64,000 bases of DNA, taken from assembly GCA_015680685.1 (NCBI GenBank), contig MNCI01002028.1:62001-126000 (forward strand). Reading direction: 5' to 3'. Position 1 is the stretch's first letter; every line of letters begins with the position of its first letter. The notes below the pieces were generated by a model. It had not been told where the DNA came from. It was given only the letters and a program-made list of their open reading frames with translations, and searched no databases. This stretch comes from Gnetum montanum. Its lineage: Eukaryota; Plantae; Gnetophyta. Position numbers and translations under genes: made by a program. Below are positions 10,344 through 23,863 of this stretch, one piece after another.

Positions 10344-13300
10344 ATGAACAATGCGAACCCCAACGCTTCAACCAAGCCCATCACAGATATCGTAGGCCCC
10401 ATGGCTGTTCAACAACCCATAGTACAACCCACGGCAGGGCCTCATCGGTCTCTCATATTACAAGGGGAGAACCCATCATTTAACATTATAACCCAGGAGC
10501 AATACAATTTCATATGCATAAAAATACAAGCCGGCCTAGCCGTGGATCAAACTGAAATGGAGGTTAAGAGATGATACGAACTCTTTCATAGGAGAGGACA
10601 TGAGTTCATCCCTTCCCCGTATGATATCATCCCTCTCCTAGAGCACTACTCTGAGCACATCTCACAGCTCCTCCTACTAAGGAATCAATCTCTGGACTAG
10701 TTTGTGGCAAATCCTCAATTGGAAGAGGAGGATGACTTTGCAGCTCAATCCGAGCATGAAGATTCGTACCACACCCTCAGCCCAAAAACCTATGTAAACT
10801 CGTTGTTTCAAATCACCCAAGCACAAATACCTCAACAGGAACCATCCATGCTTATCCCTATTCCTGATGTAATTGATATGCAACTCAACACACTTCCCCT
10901 TGCTATTCCCCCTGTTGCAACAATATCCCCATTCTCACAAGTACAACCTCCTCAAAATAATGTTGGAGTAACCCTCCCGCCCCGAGTGATCGGGATGCCG
11001 CATGTGATACCAGCTTCTACATCCGCTCACTATATACCGTGGATCCAAACCCAAGGAGCATCCTTTGCAACTGTAACTCAACAAGTTCAGGGTGTTCCTA
11101 CACAAAGTGTGATCAGGCAATGGGCTGCAATTGGTGCTCAACCGCATCAACCCCCTCACTATAACATACCGCCTCATACAATTTTACCCACTAACATCCC
11201 TCAAGTATAACCACAACAACAACAGCAACCCCTTACCTGCAATGCACCATCCCTAGCAGCACCCTCCACAAATATTCCACAAGCGTAGCCTCCAACCACA
11301 CAATTTTCTTCCTTCCAACCCACTGTCCAATAATCTAACCTGTATACTATACGACATCATCAACCTACTATCTCACCTAGTGCCCAAGACTGGGCTGATG
11401 CCAAAAAGCTAATGCAGAAGCTAACTGACAAGGTCAAATGCCTCAAAATAGCCACAGACGGAGAGCTTAAGGTAGTGGACTTCTATCATGATGACCCTAT
11501 CAGCTCTTTGGTTCCACCTCTAATACTACCTAATGGTGTTTCCTTACCCACACTGACTAAATACAATGGGGAGATAGACCCCAACGCTCACCTTATAACG
11601 TTTAGATTAGAATGCATGCTACTTCAAGCGTGGCCACATGCCATTCTACGAGTGTTCCCCATGTCCCTCATAGGGAGAGCACTTGATTGGTATCAGGCCT
11701 TGCCACAAAACTCAATATCTTCTCTAGAAGATTTGTTATACCAATTCGTTACCAGGTTCAAGAATAACTTGAAGCTTGAAGAAACACTTGATAGCCTCAT
11801 ACAGGTCAAGCAAGCACCGCTTGAACCTATCCAAAAATTTATTCAACGGTGGAGTGCTGCCCTCAACGAGCTCCACGAGCCAATCCCAGAGACATATCTC
11901 CTCACCATCCTAAAAGGGGCTGTCAATGATTATGTCAAGTCCAAATTGTATTATCTCAATGCACGCACTCTTAGTCAGGCATTTGTAAAAATCAAGAACA
12001 TAGAGGAGGCAGCCCAAAACAGCCACGACCCTGTCTATTCAGCCTTTAAAAATCAACATAATAAAAAAGACAAAGAAAAGGCTAAAACAACTATAGTGGC
12101 AGTAGTAGAAACACAACAAGAGAATGTAGGACAACAAGGCAAACTGCCCACTTCCCCTACTAATTATGCTAGACCCGCTCTTGCGATTGCGCCTGAATTG
12201 TCCACATCATAAAATCCTACATTGGGTCATGCGAGAAACTTAGAGAGGAAGGACCCCTCTCAATATACACCATTTCCCATGAAACCCTCGCAATTATTTG
12301 ACTAACTCTTGAAGGCTGGACTAATGAAACATAAACAATTATCCCCCGCAGCAATCCAAAGACATGATCGGTTCTGTCAATTGGTTCAGAACCCAAGGCT
12401 GGCAACGCCAAATAAACCCCCAGTCCCAAAGGGCTTTAGAATGGACCATTTTTGTGATTATTATCAACGTAATGGGCATGACACTGACTATTGATTCACC
12501 CTAAAACAAGATATCCAATAGATGATCGACAAAGGTCAAATCACTTTTAATGAAGCCAACCCAGTCCAACCACAAAACCAAGCCATGGGCATATATAAGG
12601 ATCCTCTAAATACTAAAGAAGCACCATATGTAATTAACACCATCTACTTCAATAACGAACCAAAAACACCTAGGATTAACACCATTCATTCCGATCATGA
12701 CCAGCAAATGCCTAAGAGACCATTTGTAGTGTATATTCCTCCCACTGTACAAACACCTGTGCCTCAACCATCATACTCCCCACCAAAACCTTATGTCATC
12801 CGAGTACCCCCCGCCGTAGCAAATTCTATCATACCACCACATGAAAAACCATACGTGGTGCGTGTACCTCCCACCAATACTACCGCAAACACACAATCAC
12901 CTCCTACTCGGCCCACTTCCTACGTAGTCTGAGTATCACTTGTGGTTGCAACTACAGAGGTACAACCTCCAGCTAGGCCAACTCCATATGTTTTTAGGAT
13001 ACTTGAACGTCTTGATGACCATCAATCCTCCACTCTGTAAACACAGAATAAACCGATTCCCTATGTCATTAGGATGCCTAGCCAACCTGACATTCAACTA
13101 CATTCAACTGTCCAACTGCAACCCTATCCTGCTCCATACGTTGTATAGATTCCAAAGCAACCTGAGGTTCCAGAACCAACTGTACCCCCACGCCACACAT
13201 GAGAACGCCTGGCAAACAAGCTTACATGGGAACGCTTGGAGAAGGAATGTCAACGACTAGCCTTAGGAGCTCCCAAGCCTACTCCACTAAGTGCAATACC

Positions 13301-14516
13301 CATGACATCACCTAACAATAAACCAAACATAGGCTATGAGGGTGAATCATCCGAAAAGCATGATACTCCTAGATCAACGATTGCGGGTAAAAATGATAAA
13401 CCAACTACGCATGAGATAAAACTTTGGGCCCTATGGACCAAATGACTATCGACAAACATACGCCCAATAGCAAAGATTTAGCAACAGCTCTAACATAGGT
13501 CACGTAGCCGCTTAAACAAAAAAACACTTCATTAAGTTTATACGACCTGGTGTTAACCTCTCAAACCCATCGTGAAGCCCTAGTGTGCATGTTGACATCC
13601 ATCCCAGTAAGTGAAGACTTACCTTTGAATGAACCTTCAATTCATGCGGTAATGTATTTGCCTCAAGGATCGACTCCTAAGCCATTAAGTTTCTACAATG
13701 ACAACATCAAAATGGATGAGAAAATAGGAGAAGTGACAACCGCACCTATGTTCATAACGATATGAATAAATCAATTCAAGATACATAGAGTGCATGTAGA
13801 TGATCGAGCTACTACAAATGTAGTACCCTATCCCATCGTCGAACAATTAGGGCTCATGGAACTAATTAGACCAACCGCCACCACGTGTTTGAAATCATTT
13901 AGTGGATCACGCGTAGTAGTCAAAGGCACCGTGACTTTGGACTTTATAGCAGGGGATCAATTTCCCACATCTTTCGACTTTGTGGTCATCGATGAAATGC
14001 CAGGGTTCAATTTAATATTGGGAAGGCCCTAGTTAGCCCAACTGAAGCAGTCTCTTCCCCCATACACCAAGAGATTCACCTACCTTACGAAGGTGGTGAA
14101 ATCATTATACACGGGGAGGCTGCTACACCTACCATCTCATCACATACAGATACAGCCAAGGCTCAGAGGTTAAGTTTGAAGAGCCTAAACAAGATGATAC
14201 AAATGAACAACAAATATGCACACTACTAGTAAGCAATAATCTATTAAACATAAAGAAAAATTTACCCAACACAGAAATACTTGGGCCTGAAATCGTACAT
14301 ATACAGCCTCACCTAGAAACTACAACAAACATAGAAACTACGGTACATGCAGAAACACCAGAAAGCACCAACATGGGAATTGTTCCATCAAACGTCCCTT
14401 GGACCGAATTACCATTCAACATGATCAGTGAAGGAGATGCTGAATATAGAATCATACCCGTTAACGCTACTCCTAATGTTAAAATGAGGAAAATCAAAAA
14501 ATTACTAAGCCAATAA
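10344..14516 (+). pseudogene. gag: Element B gag-protease ORF (degenerate)
   Basis: Pro/Gln-rich N-terminus; capsid motifs KYNGEIDPNAHL and FPMSLIGRALDWY; zinc knuckle CDYYQRNGHDTDY; PYV(I/V)RVP repeats; protease HVDDRAT...FNLILGRP; terminal stop at 14514-14516. Confidence 0.9.
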
Positions 14517-14525
14517 ACGATAATC

Positions 14526-14760
14526 AAGTCCGAAACGATGTTAAACTACATCATAAGTCCGAAACGACGTTAAACTATATTCACAGTCCGAAACGACGTT
14601 AAACTATCACATGTCTGCAACAACATAAAACTAGCCACGATTAGAAATGGTCGGTCTATCAAGAAATCCACCAACGTCACTTGAAACTTCCCTTGTTTAC
14701 ACATGGCCCGAAATGGCCTTAAACTAGTGCATGGGGCCCAAAATGGCCTTAAACTAAACC
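14526..14760 (+). repeat. Hairpin-TAAACTA motif array downstream of gag-PR in B
   Basis: Three GTC-CGAAAC-GA(C/T)-GTTAAACTA copies and two GGCC-C(G/A)AAAT-GGCC-TTAAACTA copies. Confidence 0.85.
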
Positions 14761-15158
14761 ATTTTCTTACACTTTGTTTTTCTTGCAAATTCAAGTTCAT
14801 TGTCCAAATTTATGTTTATATTGTCATGTTATCAATAATAGTTTTTCTTCACATTTTCCTTTTCACAATTATCCTTCGATTATAATTACATTCCTACTTG
14901 CATTCCCACTCCGTGCATTACACTTAAACAACAAAACAAACCAAAACATTTTACATTTCCACATCGTGTTTACATTTAAACAACAAGATCCAAAAAGAAA
15001 AATAAAAAAATATAGAAATATATATATATGTAGTCATATACAGTTAGACAAGTACAACAGTTAACCGATTCCATTCACCAGTTTAATACAACTTAAGGCA
15101 AAACATTTAGTTTACGATTCACATAAAATTATGAGCCAGGATAGTTTCAAAATTAAAA

Positions 15159-18100
15159 CTAAACATCAGGGACGAGAGGGTTGTCCCCTTTAGACTCGCC
15201 AGCACCATGGGTCCCCACTCCACTGGGGCCACCTTCTTGAACATCGTTGTCATCTCGACCCTATAAAAAGCAAAAGAAACAATCAACACAAGAAGAAAAG
15301 AGAAAAATCCTGAAAGTTATTCAACAAACAAAATTCACAAAAACAAACTACTTACCGTAGGAGACCCCCCTAAACCAAATTCCAACCAATGGAGAATTTT
15401 CTCCTCAGAAACACTAGCCCAGTCAATCCCATTGAGGCCCAGATCGACATTCGCTAACGCCTTCCCTTTGTCAACCGCCGACCATGTGGGACGTTTCAAG
15501 GGAAATTCACCCACAGAGACCTCCCTAGAAGCAGTCTTAATTACCCTCGTGGGTGATTCCATCTCAACAATGGTATTCTTAGCAAAGGTATCAAATGCAG
15601 AACGTAGACCTAGATCCTCTACGAACATTTCAAGCTGACACTTCTCTATGGATACTTCTTTTGATGATTTCTTGTAATGATGCCTATGGTTCTTCTCATC
15701 TTGACCCAACTTTCACACCTTGGAAGTGAAAGCCTTCCAATCTTGATACTTGAGGTTCAGTAAATCTATATGGGTCTTATGCTTTGCTAGTTTTTGAGTC
15801 AGTGATGCATGATGATTCAGCAAGTTTCAATACCTGGTATAAGTGATCTCAGAAGTTTGAAAAGGATGATCACCTATTAATCTAGTCGAGGTAAACTCAT
15901 AACGAGCTTTGAGATCATCATGTTTAGTCGATAGCTTGGAAACCTCTCTTTCCTTTGCCTAGATCTGCAGCCATAGCTGTTCAATGGAGCACCTATAGGT
16001 CGAAAGCGATTTGGCATTATGCACAAGACATTTTGCCACCTCGTCATAGACCTATCTCGGTATCTGTTCAACTTCTGGCAATAGTGTAGGAAATTTGTCA
16101 ATACAAATAGCCTCAGACGGATCCCACTTCAGTTTAGCTCCTACCCACACGAAAAGGAACAGGCATTAGATCCTAGATGGTAAAAAGAATGTGAAATGCG
16201 AAGACTGCAAAATGCTTAAGACGACTGTACCTATTTCAGGGTGAGCTTGTTGAATGCGTTCGACCACCTCATCAATGATACTAGTGACGAAATCCATTTT
16301 TCTTGACATCTTAGTCCAAGTAAATGGTTCATGAGTACGAGATGAATGAGCCTTAGTGGTTGTTTCAGGGGGAGCCACTATCATAGGCACTTCTAACCGC
16401 ATGGTAGGAATCATCCTAGTTTCAATATCTTTGTCTGGAAGTGATACAAAATATAAAATTAAAACACCACATAATGGAAACAACAATTCACAAGGAAACG
16501 TAATAAAACAAAAGGGAATATACTAGATTCTCTGTTCCCTTCCCAGTTTGAAGGGTCACCAAGGTCCAATCTTCCCTTAAGGAAGCTATTAAATATTTCA
16601 TCAACACCATCCCGATCATCAACCAGTTCTATCTTTGTGGTGTCTTCCGCCAGCTCTTCGGTCACTTCCACCTGATCTTTGCCAACCTCTTCCTCCTCAA
16701 TTAAATCTATTGGAATTTCCTCCTCCTCGATAATAGTTTCTAGCTCCTGTCTTCTCACTTCCTGAGTTAGGTCTGAAGACATTAGTTTCATGTAAGCGGT
16801 CAAAACGAAAATGACGATAATAGCAATACAACAAGTGTATCAAGCTTACTTACCTCGAGCAGGCATTTTGAATCGTATACGCTTCACCCTTGGCTCTTCC
16901 ACAATTGAGGCCACCTCTTTAGGACGTTCGCACTTCTGAATCTTTGATTTGGCTTTCCTGATGGTCTCCTTGATCACCTAATCAGCCCTCCTAGTAGTGT
17001 AGGGTACATTTTCTGGTTCCAACCCCACACTGTCATGTGTATGGATTGAAGTACCAGATGACCCCTCTATTGTGATGGAAACTAATTCATCAATCCCCTC
17101 GGGTGCATCTTGAGGCTCAGCTACCTCGAATAAATGGTTAATCCATGGGTGAGATAATCGAGTATGATCCCGCAAAACATATTTATTATTTGCACGAACC
17201 ACCAAAAACTTGACTAGGCGATGTAGATAATCAGTGAAGAATGCGAAAGTAAAATGGGATTGTGCCTCAAGGTTCAAACGCAACCGCACTATCTCCCTAT
17301 GGAAACCCAACAAAAAAAATTGGGCCCATTTATAACGCATCTCGGTCTCTAAAATGGTCCACATGATGCGCACAGCTTCCACCCCAAAAATCTTCACTTG
17401 AGATAGGGATTTAGGAAACACCCATGCCCTAAACAGGGGATACAATTCATTGACTTCCACCACCTTTGATGTTCCCTACATAGGGAACCCCTTAGAGCCC
17501 CTGAGAATGCTGAACCAATCTTCCAGCTCATGCACCATATGGAGCTCTTTCTACGCCCTATCCAAAACCATGTTCACACCATCTACCGGGACACCGAAGA
17601 GGTTTGAAAATAAATTGGCTGACAAATGAAAAACTATTTTGACACCCTTGATACGGGTGTTGTAGTAAGTGACAGAGTTGTCGAACGAATCAACAATTCC
17701 AATCATTTCAGCTATGGAGACATCAGGGCTTGGGGTTGTGAATAGCTCCATGAGGTCGGCATCATTCAAACAACGGACAATAGACGGTGGGACACTGGTA
17801 TGCAACCATCGCTAAGCCTTGTTGACCTCCCCAAATTTCATCGACAGGGTGCTCTCAGTCCGCCCTATCGTAATAGGGTCTCCACCGAGGGGGACGTTAA
17901 CTATAAACATAATGTAAAACCATAGCACCAGTATGACCAACGTTGCAGCCAAACAAATAGACTAAGGCGTCAAATAAATATCATCACTTACCTTCAGTCA
18001 TGGGCTTCACGTTGCTAGAACCCAAGTCAGTATCATGGGGGAAAACCAGTCCATTACGTGACCAATCTCCATGCAGCCACCCTTAAGGCATGCATTGCAC

Positions 18101-18570
18101 AAACACCCTGGAAAATATCTTATGAAAATGAGCAATGTCACCCTTAGTCTGAGCTAATATAGCTCTGCGGAGGGTGGGACCTACCATGAAGGTCTCTAAA
18201 GCGGTGTGAGCCAGTGCGAGTCCATCATCATTTACGCATATTCCATCTTTGTCAACTTGGGGCCTGCAAAAGAATAATCATTAGAACAGGAGCAAACACT
18301 AAACAACAGAATTGAAATGACAAATTAAAAAACCTTACCTCTCTACCCTATACGCAAATCCCACAAATCCCGTATGCCCAGATAGGAAATATAAAAGAAA
18401 GCAATTAACGGAGGTGAGATTAGAGCCTACTTGTGTGTCGATCTAGGCCACGATGGAATCCTAGGCCTAGGAAAACATTGCAGCATGGCCTCACTTAACT
18501 TCGCGAAGGTTAAGTTGGGCCCCTTCCTCCCCTAGCCTTCTACCTCCTTACCCTTGCCCATTTTGACATC
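15159..18570 (-). pseudogene. Antisense multi-exon accessory gene of B (lacks the NIF/HAD-like exon)
   Basis: Minus-strand ORF pieces (15335-15709, 16166-16486, 16459-16803, 16978-17463, 17551-17805) homologous to those in A, C and D, separated by GT..AG introns; TATA-like CTATATATAG at 18771-18780. Confidence 0.75.
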
Positions 18571-18770
18571 CTGTACGCTAAATCTCACAGGTTCACGCTG
18601 GGGTTTGATCCTGTACGCCGAGCTGAATCCTGCATGCTGGGGTTTGACTCTCTACACTCACGCTGGGGTTTGGTTCTCTACACATGCTGCAACTTAGGTT
18701 TATGCTCATGCTGTAACTTAAGTTCACGTTGCCTTTGATGATTGACAGGTTCACGCTCACGCCCGCCAGT
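18570..18770. repeat. Short degenerate tandem repeats (CACGCTGGGGTTTG-like) upstream of the antisense gene of B
   Basis: Repeated (C/T)A(C/T)GCTGGGGTTTG and ATGCTG(C/T)AACTTA units. Confidence 0.6.
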
Positions 18771-18787
18771 CTATATATAGCGCCGCG

Positions 18788-18811
18788 NNNNNNNNNNNNN
18801 NNNNNNNNNNN
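18788..18811. other. Assembly gap (run of N)
   Basis: 24 consecutive N; part of the promoter/pre-RT spacer of B is missing. Confidence 0.99.
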
Positions 18812-18942
18812 CGGTAAGGCCTCAAACTGCCATGCATCCAGATACGATGATAAACTACCATCGTATACATACACATGATTTACGTTGCCTATAAACACGT
18901 AACAACTCCTACTAGCTCACTCTACCCTCTATTTATTGGCAG

Positions 18943-21900
18943 GAGTAAGCCTGATGGATTACCAACATCTATTCACACCATTGACCATCAACGGACCATA
19001 TGGAAAGATCACAAGAGAAATCAACATAAATTCCATAAACTTAGATCCATCAACAGATGACACAATCATAGCCTCAACACAACAAACATTAGATAGCTAC
19101 AAAGGTATGACAAAATCTCTCGACATAGAAGTTGATAGTATCACTGAAGACCCTTTAACTGAAACCCCCATCGCTATGCCAGATGGTGAAGTTAAAGTAT
19201 TAAAATTGAGTACACTATTGCAACCTCAATTGGCCAGAGACATAGAACATATGCTTTGAGACAACATAAAAGCATTCTCTTGGTCTTACATTGACATGCC
19301 TGGGTTAGATCCTCAAATCATCTAGCATAATATTATACTCAATCCAAAATTAAGGCCAGTGAAACAAAAAGCACGAAAGGTTAAGCCTGAGGTAGCGTTT
19401 GCAGTGCGCAATGAGATCACCAAACTCTATCAGGCAGGTTTCATTTGGGCTATTGACTATGCTGATTGGGTATCCAACATGGTCATTGTCCTGAAGAAGA
19501 ATGGAAGCATTCACCTATGCATTGACTTTCGGGACCTCAACGTTGCGACCATAAAAGATGATTTTCCCCTACCCAGCATAGATCAACTTGTTGACTCAAC
19601 CGCTAAGCATGCCTTGTTATCTTTTATGGATGGCTTCTCAAGATATAACCAAATATGCATTAACCCAGAACATCAGCTCTAGACTACCTTTATGACACCA
19701 TGGGGGACCTTTTGTTACACAATGATGCCATTCGGTCTTAAGAATGTTGGGGCCACATATCAAAGGGCAATGACATTTATTTTTAGCAATTACATACTTC
19801 ATTGGCTCAATGATTATGTAGATGATATCACAATTAAATCGACAATACCAGAGCAACACATCCAAGATTTAGATTTGATCCTAAAACATTGCTTAAAATA
19901 TGAACTTAAGCTCAACCCAAAGAAATGTGTTTTCAGAGTAAAAATGGGTAAGATGCTAGGCTTTGTAGTGTCAAAAACAGGAATACGAGTGGATCCAAAT
20001 AAGGTTAAAGTTGTCATCAATCTAAAACCACCAAGCAACATCACTGAACTTCGGGGTCTACAAGGTAGATTATAGTTCATCAGGCATTTCATAGAAAAAC
20101 TGACGGACAAGTTGAAATCCATGAACCACTTGCTACGAAAGAATGTCCATTTTGAATGAACTCCACAATGCTAGGAAGCCTTCGACCACATTAAAATAGC
20201 ACTAGCTTAGCTACCAATAGTGTACCCTCCACAGAACAATAAACCCTTCTATATCTACCTCGCCATGTCAGATTCATCCATCGCTTCTATGCTCTGCCAA
20301 AAACGAGATGATGGAACTGAGGTCCCTATTTATTATTTGAGCCATGCATTAGTGGCCCACGAAAAGAAGTACAATGAGGTGGAGAGGTCATGTTTAGCCT
20401 TTGTCTTTTCCCTAAAGAAATGGTGACATTATCTCTTCCATAACCTTGCCAACATAATTTACAAAGATAATGTGCTCAGGGCCATCACTGGTAACATTTA
20501 CGAGTCAAGAAGAATAGCGCGTTGGAAAGCCATAATATCTGAATTTGACCTACATTACATAGCGCAGTCATCAGTCAAGGGTCAAGCCATAGCGAACCAA
20601 CTGACTACATCACCAACACATGATCAAGCAACAATAGAGCTAGTGTTTCTAGATGAAAATGTGATCACGATAGACATAGTTCTCGATGAGTACGAAGTCA
20701 TTTTGAACTTTGATGGAGCATCCACCTCTTCAGGGGGAGTGCTACCGCCGTCATCACCTATCCCTCTAGAGAGATCCAACCCTTCGCTTTCCGCTTCAAC
20801 TTTCATTGTACCAACAACATAGCAGAATATGAAGGTCTCCTTAGGGGTCTTATGGCAGCATTAGCTTCCAACATCACATGACTTGTAGTCAGAGGATACT
20901 CACAACTAGTTTTAAACCAAATCACAGATGTTTATACATGCAAGGTGCAACATTTACAACCATACTGTGACTTAGCTAAACACTTACTAAAGCAATTCAA
21001 AAATATGGATGTGCAACATGTTTCCAGAAATGATAACACTATTGCAGATGCACTTGCCAGGCTAGCTCTAAACATATCGCTAAACATGTTTCATATGTTG
21101 CCTAGCTCTATAATTAACTGTGCTAAATCCATAACTGATACTCTCGATGAATTACCAATTGCATCCATTAGTACAACACACACAATAGAATGGTATGATG
21201 ACATAAAAGAGTATCTTCTACGTGGTGAAACTCCGCAACACCTAACGAATGCACAAAAGGATGCAGTACAAAAACATTCTCAANGCCGCAACACCTAACG
21301 AATGCACAAAAGGATGCAGTACAAAAACATTCTCAACAATATGCATTGATAGGGGACACGTTGTGTTGTTGATCCTACGAAGGCATACTATTAACATGCG
21401 TTAGTAGCGCTGATGCCCAAACCATCATCGAGCAAGTACATGATGGAATATGTGGAGGGCACATAGCACCTAAAGCAATGGCAATGAAAATAAGACGTTT
21501 GGGCTATTATTGGCCACACATGGAGTATGACTGTCTCTCCAAGGCCAAAACATGTAGTATCTATCAAAAGCATATCAATCTGATACATGTTCCACCGAAT
21601 GAGTTGCATACAACACAAATCACTTAGCCCTTCCAAAAGTGGGGGTTAGACCTTATTGGGCCAATAACACCCTCATCTTCTGCAAGGCATAGCTTCATCA
21701 TAACTGTGATAGAGTCTTTTATGAAGTGGGTAGAAGCTATTCCCCTTAGAAAAATCACATCCAAACACATGCAACTTTGTTCTCAAAAATATTGTGATCC
21801 ATTTTGGCATCCCCATGACCATCATCACTGATAACGCGCCACAATTCAGCAGTGCCAAAACCAGAACTTTCTATGAAAGCCTAGGGATCAAACATTCATT

Positions 21901-22480
21901 TTCATCCCCTTACTACCCTTAGAGAAATGGACAAGCTGAAGCCACAAATAAAACCACCATTACAGTACTTAAAAAGATGCTTACCCAAAGCAAGAAAAGA
22001 TGGCAAGAACAGCTAGTATACGCATTATGGGCTTATCATACTACGCATCAGACTTCCACAAGTAAAATGCCATATGGTCTTGTTTATGGTTCAGAAGCTG
22101 TTTTACCCTTGGAGTTATAGGTACCATCTTTAAGGATCACACTCTCTGGACTCCTCGACGAAGGGAAAAACAATGACCTACACATTGTTGACTTGGACTT
22201 GGTGGAGGAGGAACGTATACGTGCACTCGATCAGATTGAGTGGTACCAAAAATGACAAAGACAACGCCATCGACACGATGTTCATAAGCGCCCTATCAAG
22301 AAAGGCGACCTGGTACTCAAAGCCGTTCGGGAACACCGGGACAAATTCTCAGCCAATTGGGAAGGGCCCTACTTGGTCACCAAAGCATAGGACAACGGAG
22401 CATTTAAATTAGCTGACATGGAAGGGAATGAGCTTGCAAATCCAACCAACCATTTGTTCTTGAAACTGTTCCACGTTTGA
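18943..22480 (+). pseudogene. pol: Element B pol: RT-RNase H-aRH-integrase (degenerate)
   Basis: LCIDFRDLN, SFMDGFSRYNQI, MPFGLKNVGATYQR, DYVDDI, PIYYLSH, aRH LNFDGAS/NNIAEYEGLL, integrase HDGICGGH, WGLDLIGP, TDNAPQF, NGQAEATNK, NWEGPY; no chromodomain seen. Confidence 0.95.
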
Positions 22481-22499
22481 GTATGGACTCAGGTACATG

Positions 22500-22800
22500 C
22501 TCATCCTGGCATCATGACGGTAAACTAATACCATAGCTAGTCCTGGCATCATGATGGTAAACTGATACAAAAAAACATCCGTAATGACAATAAACTAGCA
22601 CCCGTATAGCATGACATTAAATTACCATAGTCTCATTTGCCAAAGTCCGCTAAGACTATAAACTAGTTTGCCTCTTCACAGTCTACCAAGACTAGAAACT
22701 AGCAATGTACCATCTACCACGATGCTAAATGGGCAATGTCCAATGGGTCATGACATAAAAATAACCCACAATGGTCCGCTACGACTATAAACTAGCAACT
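22500..22800 (+). repeat. Hairpin-TAAACTRG motif array in the 3' UTR of B
   Basis: E.g. GTC-CGCTAA-GAC-TATAAACTAG, GTC-TACCAA-GAC-TAGAAACTAG, GGTC-CGCTAC-GACT-ATAAACTAG. Confidence 0.8.
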
Positions 22801-23846
22801 TCATCTCTAGCCTCCTGATCTGTAGCTGCATTCAAACTTCATTAGAGTTGCTGCCTCACTCGCCATCATCCGATCCTAACAACATTGCTGCTATTCATAT
22901 ACAGTGCCTGAAATCTCATCTGGTGCCTTTGTTTCACTAGTAGCTATTTAAGTCTAAGCTTGCTTAATCACTCATGATTTTCTTGTCTTCTTGGAGTTGT
23001 GTTTGCAGGATGACACTCAGAGGTGTTTGTACAAGAATGCACTTTGTCACAGCAGCAAGGTGAGATGTTGTTCACAACACACGTGACAAGACTAATCAAG
23101 CCATTCACTAGTACATCTCCTGTTACATATTCCACCTATCCCTCAACATCTTCTACTTAGTTACATCCCAGACACACCCAGTATAGGCTAAAACATTGAA
23201 CACACTGTTGCACACTGCACCACTCTTAAGCAGTTGCAACCCACAACATGGCATTTGAGCATGCGTATAAGATCAAAATGAAGATATAAATAAAAAAAAC
23301 GTCGACCCTTCCTATACAAGCCCTTGGTAGGAAGGCAATTTTCTTGAAAGAAAATGCTCATGTCTCAAATGATCAAGTAATATCTCGTTGCATGGCTTTG
23401 GCTCTCCGCCAACAGGTTCCCTCAAAACACTAAACAAAGGACTTGTTCCTCCAAAGAATGAAATACATCATCACGTGGCTTTGATTGTGCCAACAAGCCC
23501 TCTTAAATACCAAACAAGAGTTTTGTGCCGCCAAAGGACATACACATCATGTTTTGATCCAAAATCTACTAAAAAAATGGCTAAACAATAGTTGTTGACA
23601 AAGATAAGCATGACCTGCACACATACCTAGACATCCTCTTCACTACACACAAGCCCTTGATCGGTTACCAATCCCTACAGTTCCTATTTCCCTATCCAAT
23701 ACAAATTTCATTTCCCCAATCCTATGTACTACTAAACATGGTACGATGATTTCTGGCTAGGTACTAAAGGACAATGTCTCTACCAGATTGCTTGTGGTGT
23801 TTTGTACTTCTTTGTCGATGCCTCTCGGGTTGATTCCTCCAAGCAT

Positions 23847-23863
23847 CAACAAAGAGGGGCCAA
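23847..23863 (+). other. Polypurine tract of B
   Basis: CAACAAAGAGGGGCCAA immediately before the 3' LTR TG. Confidence 0.9.

Noticed and set aside
21232-21335. Short tandem duplication in pol of B, and a similar one at ~4062-4145
   Set aside because: Both are centred on a single N (21284, 4103), indicating scaffolding artefacts.
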